DNA of 22,392 bases from an uncultured archaeon (GTDB taxonomy: Archaea > Iainarchaeota > Iainarchaeia > Iainarchaeales > Iainarchaeaceae), in contig CAZNZM010000005.1 in assembly GCA_964577555.1 (NCBI GenBank), positions 47,693 through 70,084 of the forward strand, in the 5' to 3' direction. Shown here in pieces: positions 16,844 through 22,392 of this stretch. The notes below the pieces were generated by a model. The model saw only the letters and a list, made by a program, of their open reading frames with translations. It searched no databases and was not told the DNA's origin. The position numbers and the translations under genes were made by a program. Within the stretch, counting starts at the first letter, position 1. Each line of letters starts with the position of its first letter.

Positions 16844-16917
16844 GGCGACCACTGGGATTCGAACCCAGCCCCAAAGCTCCACAGGCTTCGATGCGAAACC
16901 ACTACACCATGGTCGCC
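16844..16917 (-). tRNA. tRNA-His (anticodon GUG) with genome-encoded G-1, no encoded CCA
   Basis: The minus-strand sequence is GGCGACCATGGTGTAGTGGTTTCGCATCGAAGCCTGTGGAGCTTTGGGGCTGGGTTCGAATCCCAGTGGTCGCC. It folds by hand into a cloverleaf. The acceptor stem is GCGACCA/UGGUCGC, with an extra 5' G opposite discriminator C73. The D stem is GUGU/GCAU. The anticodon stem is GAAGC/GCUUU with loop CUGUGGA. The T arm is CUGGG-UUCGAAU-CCCAG. Confidence 0.85.
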
Positions 16918-17100
16918 ATGAAATTAAGTTTGTTTGTTTCAATAGCAAAACAAAATAACCAAAATTAGAATTGCAATTTTTATATGTGAAGACACTCACT
17001 ATCCATGACAAAATATTTCAGCGTTTTGTTTAAAAATCAATCTGGAATTGTTGCCGTGTCATGCCTTGTTTTGTTCGCTTTTGAAAAAACCCCCTTTGCT

Positions 17101-17116
17101 AAAATATAATAATATC
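17101..17116 (+). promoter_or_regulatory. TATA-box candidate for the pilus-like operon
   Basis: AAAATATAATAATATC lies about 50-60 nt upstream of the ATG at 17165, in the divergent gap shared with tRNA-His. Confidence 0.35.
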
Positions 17117-17164
17117 ATTTATCTAATTATTCTCGCAGTAACCAGGTTTTTGAGTTGTTATTTT

Positions 17165-19438
17165 ATGGATCCAAGCACTTTCGGAGTCAGCCCTTATGTA
17201 ATCAAAGATGAAGGAGGAAAAAGGGCTCTCGTAATTGATGCTAGAGGCGCTTTTTATACTCCTTCAATTGCAGACGACCGAAATGCGCGTTTTACAGTCA
17301 TCAAGATTCTCACAGAAGTTGAAGCCGATTTTATTATATTGGCTGATATTTATGAGCGGGTTTATAATGAATACCAAACCAAAATGCTTGCGGAAATTGC
17401 CGCTCTTTATAATAAATTTGAAATGGATGGTATTTGGAGTTATTCGCATTTGGGCGACCCTGTTAAGGAATCTGAAAAGGATTTTGGCGAAAGGCACAAC
17501 GTCATTGTGAAAGTCAGCCATGAAGAGCTTCTTTTTGACCCCATAAGCGCTTATTTGTTGCTCTTGGAAGAAATGAAAAAAGAAGCAAGCCGATTAGATT
17601 CTTTGCCAAGCGAAAAAAAAGCCATGGTTTATGCAAAAACCCTGCTTGAAATAAAAAACGCTTTTGAAGGAACGGAATTGATAAAGCGAGCAAGAAGCAT
17701 TATATCAAAACTTGAAAAGGTTCCAGACACTTCGCAAATTTACAGGGTTTTTTTTGAGGTTGATGTCAAGCCAAGTTTCATAGGTTCAAGGCTTGTTTTC
17801 GGCGACGAGGAAAGGCTTGAACTTCTTGACGAGTACAACGTCAAAGAAGCCAACGTACAAATCTTCAAACACCCGAGCAAAACAGAAAAACTTTATTTTA
17901 TCAGTTTGCCAGAATATTCCCTTACTCCTGAAAAATATTTTCTCGTAAGCAAGACAAAGGAAACAGTTGCTACTTACAAGCCCGGCAGAATATCATTGTC
18001 CAACATTGCAAAAAGCAGGCGTTATTTTGAAAGAATTTACCAATCAACAATGAAAGAAATAGCCAAATTGGAAAAAATCAATATTGCCAACGATGAGATT
18101 GTCGAGCTAAGCCAAATAGTTGCGCGTTATACTGTTGGTTATGGAGTTCTTGAAGTAATTCTTTCAGACAGAAAAGTCACTGATGTATATATTGATGCCC
18201 CAATAGGTTCAAAATTGATTTATTTGGTTCATTCAGAGTACGGACAATGCCAAACCAACGTAATTTACACTCAAGACGAAGCATCTTCTTTTATTTCAAA
18301 ATTAAGGGCAATGTCCGGCAGGCCTTTTGACGAAGCCCACCCAGTCCTTGATTACGATTTGCCGGAACTTGATACGAGAGTTGCTGCGATAAGCCCGCCT
18401 CTTTCGCCAGATGGAAACGCTTTTGCTTTCAGGTTGCACAAAACAACTCCTTGGACTCTTGCACAATTCTTGGACGTAAAATACTTGCCTCCTCTTGCAG
18501 CAGGATTGCTTTCTTTTTTCGTGGATTCTCAATCAACAATGCTGGTTACTGGGAGCAGGGGTTCAGGAAAAACCTCTCTTATGAGCGCTCTAATGCTTGA
18601 AATTTTGCAAAACACAAGAATAATTTGCCAAGAAGACACGCTTGAATTGCCAGTGGAGTACATGAAAAAAATAGGTTTCAATGTTCAAAGACTGAAAACC
18701 AGGTCGCCAATAGGTTCAAGCGAAAGCGACAGCGAAGTGCCTCCTGAAGAATCGCTCAGAACAGCATTAAGACTTGGCGACAGCGCCCTAATCATAGGAG
18801 AAGTGAGAAGCAAAGAAGCCAAGGTTTTGTATGAAGCAATGCGCGTTGGAGCAGCAGGAAACATTGTCATGGGAACAATACACGGAGACAGCGCTTATTC
18901 GGTTTGGGACAGAATAGTTAATGACCTTGAAGTTCCAACAACTTCTTTTAAAGCAACCGACATTGTTGTTGTGGCAAGGCCAATAAGGTTTAAAGGCAGC
19001 ATTTCAAGGCAAAGGAGAGTTGTCCAAATAACCGAAGTCAAAAAGCATTGGAAGGATGATCCCAGCGAAGAAGGAGGCTTGCTTGATTTAATGTCTTATG
19101 ATGCCGGCAGAGACTCTTTAGATTTGATAGAAGATAACTTAAAAGAAAGCGACCTTTTTTCAAGAGTGAGCAAAACATCAGGATTGTCGCTTGACCAAAT
19201 ATGGAAATGGATAAATGTAAACGCAGAATCAAAAGCATATCTTGTCCAAATGAAAAACGAATTCAAAGTACCTCAAATACTTGAAGCAGAATATACTGTC
19301 ATGGCTCAAAACAAATTAGCTTTGATAAAAGAAGCACAATTAGAAGAATTCGGTTCTGTCGATTATGATGAAGCTCTTGGTCAATGGAAAAATTGGGTGC
19401 GCTCAAATCTTGTAAAAAAAGTCAAGGAGAGAACATAA
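17165..19438 (+). CDS. Type IV pilus/archaellum-family secretion ATPase (FlaI/PilB/VirB11-like) with a long N-terminal extension
   Basis: 757 aa from the ATG at 17165. The ORF-track TTG at 17048 adds a Cys/Leu-rich junk-like leader that overlaps the TATA region. Walker A is VTGSRGSGKTS (Lys at about residue 469). The Walker B/Asp box is ALIIGEVRSKEA and the His box is MGTIHGDSA. The stop overlaps the next start as TAATG at 19436-19440. Confidence 0.85.
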   Translation: MDPSTFGVSPYVIKDEGGKRALVIDARGAFYTPSIADDRNARFTVIKILTEVEADFIILADIYERVYNEYQTKMLAEIAALYNKFEMDGIWSYSHLGDPVKESEKDFGERHNVIVKVSHEELLFDPISAYLLLLEEMKKEASRLDSLPSEKKAMVYAKTLLEIKNAFEGTELIKRARSIISKLEKVPDTSQIYRVFFEVDVKPSFIGSRLVFGDEERLELLDEYNVKEANVQIFKHPSKTEKLYFISLPEYSLTPEKYFLVSKTKETVATYKPGRISLSNIAKSRRYFERIYQSTMKEIAKLEKINIANDEIVELSQIVARYTVGYGVLEVILSDRKVTDVYIDAPIGSKLIYLVHSEYGQCQTNVIYTQDEASSFISKLRAMSGRPFDEAHPVLDYDLPELDTRVAAISPPLSPDGNAFAFRLHKTTPWTLAQFLDVKYLPPLAAGLLSFFVDSQSTMLVTGSRGSGKTSLMSALMLEILQNTRIICQEDTLELPVEYMKKIGFNVQRLKTRSPIGSSESDSEVPPEESLRTALRLGDSALIIGEVRSKEAKVLYEAMRVGAAGNIVMGTIHGDSAYSVWDRIVNDLEVPTTSFKATDIVVVARPIRFKGSISRQRRVVQITEVKKHWKDDPSEEGGLLDLMSYDAGRDSLDLIEDNLKESDLFSRVSKTSGLSLDQIWKWINVNAESKAYLVQMKNEFKVPQILEAEYTVMAQNKLALIKEAQLEEFGSVDYDEALGQWKNWVRSNLVKKVKERT

Positions 19439-21765
19439 TGCAAAAAAAGAATGACCCTACAATAGGTGAACTTTACGGAAAAATAGTTACAACCAGCGAG
19501 GATTTTGATTTAGGCGACCACAAGCTTGTCAAAGAACCAGACCATCCTTTTGTAAGGCTCTGCAAAAACATTTACAAGGTTGCCCCTTCTTTAGGCAAAG
19601 GAGGAAAATTCAGCGATGAAAACAAAAAAGCTGTTGAATTTTTGCAATGGAATCTAAGCCCTGAAGAATTTGCAGGAGCATCAACAATAGTGGCTTATGT
19701 TTCATTTGCAACAGCTTTTTTGCTTGGCTCTCTTTTTATTTTCACTGACTTGAGAAAACTTATTGAACTTATTGGAGGCAACGAAATCAGCGGACTTTTT
19801 TATGCATTCGCCCCATTTCTTTTGGTTGCTACAACTATTGTTTATTTGTTTCAAACATACCCTTCCTCAGAAGCAAAACGCGAACAAACAAGGGCTCTCA
19901 CATATGTGCCTGAAATGATGGGTTACATGGTAATGTCCATAAAACTTGTTCCAAACCTTGAAAAAGCTGTGGAATTTGCTAGTTCCCATGGCAAAGGAAA
20001 AATTGCAAAAGATTTCAAAGACATAATATGGAAAACACAATTAGGATTTTACAATTCTCTTGCAGAAGGACTTGACACGCTTGCATATCGCTGGGGACAC
20101 TATTCAACAGAATTCAAAAGAGCCCTCATGAGGATAAGAGTATCAGTAATAGAAAATTCCGAAGCTAAAAGATATGCATTACTTGACGACACCATGTCCG
20201 AAATGCTTGACAGCATCAAAAACAAAATGGAACAATATGCCAGAGATTTGTCCCAGCCAAGCACAATGCTGTTTTATATTGGCGTCTTACTTCCTTTATT
20301 GCTTATAATAATACTCCCAGTCGGAAGCACTTTTACCGGCGCGCCACTTGCAAATCCTATTGTCCTATTTTTGATTTACAACATCATAATTCCACTAATC
20401 ACTATAATATTTGCTTACAATTTGATAACCACAAGACCACCTACTTATGAACCCCCAATAATACCAGACAATTATGAAGGAATCCCCAAACCTTGGCACG
20501 GAAAATTTTCAGGTTTAACAGTCGATGTGCGCCTAGTTGCATTGCTTATATTTGTTTTTGGATTGTCAATTTCCTTCCTGATTTCCACACAAGGTTTTCC
20601 CCCTAATTTCGTGCTTGGCACGGAAGGAAGGCAAGCTTGTTACGAAGGCAAGCAAATAATCTGCCCTGACCTTTCAAAAAAAGTTGCTTTGGAACGCGTA
20701 GGCAGGCCTGAAACATATTTCAACCTTGACGAAACAGGAGTGCTTTTTCCAGAAAAATTCAACGAAAAAAAACGCTACATGGATTTGACCGATACAGAGT
20801 CTCTTGAACAAGCAGAAGAACAAGCAAAAAAGGAAGTGCTTGCAGAAGAACAACTTTTCTTTTCATCAAAAGAAAACGACATTGCCCCATACATTCTTGT
20901 CTTCGGCATTCTTATAACTTTTTCAATATGCGTCTTCATACTGCTTTACTATTCAAGCATTTACAAACGCAAAGCCCAATTAGAAATACAAGAAATGGAA
21001 TCAGAGTTCAAGGATTCACTTTATATTCTTGCATCCCGAATGGGAGAAAACAAGCCAGTTGAAGACGCTATGAAACACGTCCAAGATTTTTTACCAGAAG
21101 CCAAAATATCAAAACGGGTTTTCGGAAAAACACTTGACAACATAAAATTCACGGGAATGCCCCTTGAACAAGCAGCATTTGACCAAAACCTTGGCTCAGT
21201 TTCAAAATTACCATCTTCAATAATCAAAGGAGCAATGAAAATGCTTGTGGATTCCGTACAATTAGGCTCTAACGTAGCTGCACGCACCATGATTTCACTC
21301 TCAATACAATTGCAAAACGCCGAAAAAGTTAACAACAACCTAAAAGTTTTGGTATCAGATATTACAAGCACAATGCGAACCATGGCAATGTTCATTGCAC
21401 CAATGGTGCTAGGCATAACAACCAGCCTGCAAAGAATAGTCATTGTAACGATTTCATCAATAGCTTCCTCAGGCATAGCCGAATCAAGCGTACAAGGCGC
21501 GGATTATTTGGGCGTAAGCTTTGCCAGTGCAGCAGGTTTCATCAAACCAGAAGCAATAGCAGGAATAGCTTCGCCAACACAATTCATATTCATTGTATCC
21601 CTTTACATAATTGAACTTGTCTTGATAATGGGCTACTTTACCACCAAAATAGAAGAGGACAACGATTTACTCCTAAAAATCAATATATCAATTTTTATGC
21701 CGATTGCAATAATAGTGTTTGTAATTTCAATGATTGTTTCAAACATGTTTGTGGGTTCAATATGA
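19438..21765 (+). CDS. FlaJ/PilC/TadC-like polytopic platform membrane protein (two T2SS-F-like repeats, enlarged)
   Basis: 775 aa from the ATG at 19438, with AAGGAGAG 7 nt upstream. There are two cytoplasmic helical segments of T2SSF type (LTYVPEMMGYMVMSIKLVPNLEKAVEFAS...EGLDTLAYRW and FKDSLYILASRMGENKPVEDAMKHV...PLEQAAF), each followed by TM clusters. It is positioned immediately after the ATPase, as in archaeal flaI-flaJ or pilB-pilC pairs. Confidence 0.7.
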   Translation: MQKKNDPTIGELYGKIVTTSEDFDLGDHKLVKEPDHPFVRLCKNIYKVAPSLGKGGKFSDENKKAVEFLQWNLSPEEFAGASTIVAYVSFATAFLLGSLFIFTDLRKLIELIGGNEISGLFYAFAPFLLVATTIVYLFQTYPSSEAKREQTRALTYVPEMMGYMVMSIKLVPNLEKAVEFASSHGKGKIAKDFKDIIWKTQLGFYNSLAEGLDTLAYRWGHYSTEFKRALMRIRVSVIENSEAKRYALLDDTMSEMLDSIKNKMEQYARDLSQPSTMLFYIGVLLPLLLIIILPVGSTFTGAPLANPIVLFLIYNIIIPLITIIFAYNLITTRPPTYEPPIIPDNYEGIPKPWHGKFSGLTVDVRLVALLIFVFGLSISFLISTQGFPPNFVLGTEGRQACYEGKQIICPDLSKKVALERVGRPETYFNLDETGVLFPEKFNEKKRYMDLTDTESLEQAEEQAKKEVLAEEQLFFSSKENDIAPYILVFGILITFSICVFILLYYSSIYKRKAQLEIQEMESEFKDSLYILASRMGENKPVEDAMKHVQDFLPEAKISKRVFGKTLDNIKFTGMPLEQAAFDQNLGSVSKLPSSIIKGAMKMLVDSVQLGSNVAARTMISLSIQLQNAEKVNNNLKVLVSDITSTMRTMAMFIAPMVLGITTSLQRIVIVTISSIASSGIAESSVQGADYLGVSFASAAGFIKPEAIAGIASPTQFIFIVSLYIIELVLIMGYFTTKIEEDNDLLLKINISIFMPIAIIVFVISMIVSNMFVGSI

Positions 21766-22193
21766 AAACCTCAAACCAATCAGGCCAAGCTTTCGAACCT
21801 TTCAACCTTCTTATAGGCGCAATCTTTGCTCTTACAGTGCTTGTAATAATAATAAGCGCAGTAAATTATTTTGACAACGAAAGAATAAAAATAAGCCAAC
21901 AACGATTTTATGACGGCTTGGCCAATGCAGTAAAATCACCAAATAAAGAAACACTTGTAATAAGAGAGATCCAATTGCCAACAGACGCCTCTTTCTCTGC
22001 CAAATCACTTGGAAATTCAATCGGCTTGGACGAAAAATGCGTTTCAATAGAAGCATCACCAAGCTTTGAAATCACCGGCTCAACAATCAAGGCAAAAAAC
22101 AACATAAGAACAGACATATACATCAGATGTTTTACTGGCGGAACCTGCGAAATAGACTGTGAAATTTCATTCGGCAAAGACTTTGAAAATTGA
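21762..22193 (+). CDS. Candidate type IV pilin-like protein (class III signal peptide)
   Basis: 143 aa. The start overlaps the upstream stop as ATGA (21762-21765). The N-terminus is MKTSNQSG/QAFEPFNLLIGAIFALTVLVIIISAV. This is a short polar head, a G-Q junction, an acidic residue near +4/+5, and then a hydrophobic helix of about 21 aa, resembling archaeal prepilin signals. The C-terminal domain is predicted beta-rich and has 4 Cys. Confidence 0.5.
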   Translation: MKTSNQSGQAFEPFNLLIGAIFALTVLVIIISAVNYFDNERIKISQQRFYDGLANAVKSPNKETLVIREIQLPTDASFSAKSLGNSIGLDEKCVSIEASPSFEITGSTIKAKNNIRTDIYIRCFTGGTCEIDCEISFGKDFEN

Positions 22194-22392
22194 GGTCCTA
22201 AACAATTAAAATTCGAATTTGCAAAAAAAATTTAGTCTTTGTTTTTAAAGCCAGATTTTACGATTTTGTTTTTAATTCAATTGTTTTTTTGCAAGCCTAT
22301 TTTTTTTCAATTTTTTTATCAGCAATTATAAAAGCGTTTTTTTTGCTATTTGAGTCTTAAAGTTGTTGTTAAACTGCTTGTATTTTTTTTTA
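22194..22392 (+). repeat. Oligo(dT)-tract / GC-island spacer downstream of the pilus-like operon (cut by window edge)
   Basis: T5-T9 runs on the + strand alternate with islands (GCAAGCC, GCCAG, CAGCAA, GCG). In this orientation the T-runs could also act as archaeal oligo-T terminators for the + strand operon. Confidence 0.5.

Noticed and set aside
16821-16874. N-terminal extension of hisS in the ORF track (MGLGSNPSGRLSLRRRKL)
   Set aside because: The extension reads through the 3' half of the tRNA-His gene. The conserved HisRS N-terminus (MIGFQTVRGMRDFLP) begins at the ATG at 16820, which has a GGAGG site upstream.
16820-17011. 63-aa minus-strand ORF upstream of hisS
   Set aside because: It overlaps the tRNA-His gene (16844-16917). 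Its sequence is the translation of tRNA and promoter DNA.
17005-17062. 7-nt inverted repeat CATGACA...TGTCATG in the tRNA-His/ATPase divergent gap
   Set aside because: The arms are about 45 nt apart and short enough to occur by chance. There is no supporting structure or second copy.
17048-17164. 39-aa N-terminal extension of the ATPase, and the 18-aa extension of the platform gene at 19384-19437
   Set aside because: The extension uses a TTG start and a Cys/Leu-rich, non-conserved-looking peptide that covers the TATA-like element. The ATG at 17165 is the better start. For the platform gene, the ATG at 19438 has an AAGGAGAG site and the typical TAATG coupling.
21021-21476. 151-aa minus-strand ORF inside the platform gene
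   Set aside because: It is antisense to a well-supported membrane-protein frame. It has no recognisable motifs or start context.

Overview
AT-rich window (roughly one-third G+C by eye) that looks archaeal. It is most consistent with a small-genome, DPANN-like archaeon. Supporting signs are TATA-type promoters, RtcB plus archease, a FlaI/FlaJ-like ATPase and platform pair, a class-III-signal pilin candidate and an archaeosortase-family protein. Shine-Dalgarno-like GGAGG/GAGGTGA sites precede several starts. Gene order from left to right is as follows. On the minus strand: rtcB, archease, and a translationally coupled YdbS/YdbT-like bPH_2 membrane pair. On the plus strand: an orphan 349-aa helical protein. 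On the minus strand again: one giant 2,773-aa surface protein (8.3 kb, about 37% of the window), a minimal 187-aa archaeosortase/exosortase-family protein, and hisS with tRNA-His(GUG) 23 nt upstream. Last is a divergently transcribed ATPase-platform-pilin type IV pilus-like operon on the plus strand. Two things are worth a second look. (1) The giant protein, archaeosortase-like gene and pilus-like operon sit together as a possible cell-surface or host-attachment island. The giant protein has an unusual internal hydrophobic segment followed by a roughly 690-aa non-beta C-terminal module. (2) Five long intergenic spacers of 170-440 bp consist of quasi-periodic T7-T10 tracts alternating with short GC islands, with recurring word GCGAGCC. 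They are extremely strand-asymmetric, and I cannot assign them to any known repeat or regulatory class. No CRISPR array, transposase, integrase or rRNA was seen. All homology statements come from reading motifs by eye. No searches were run.
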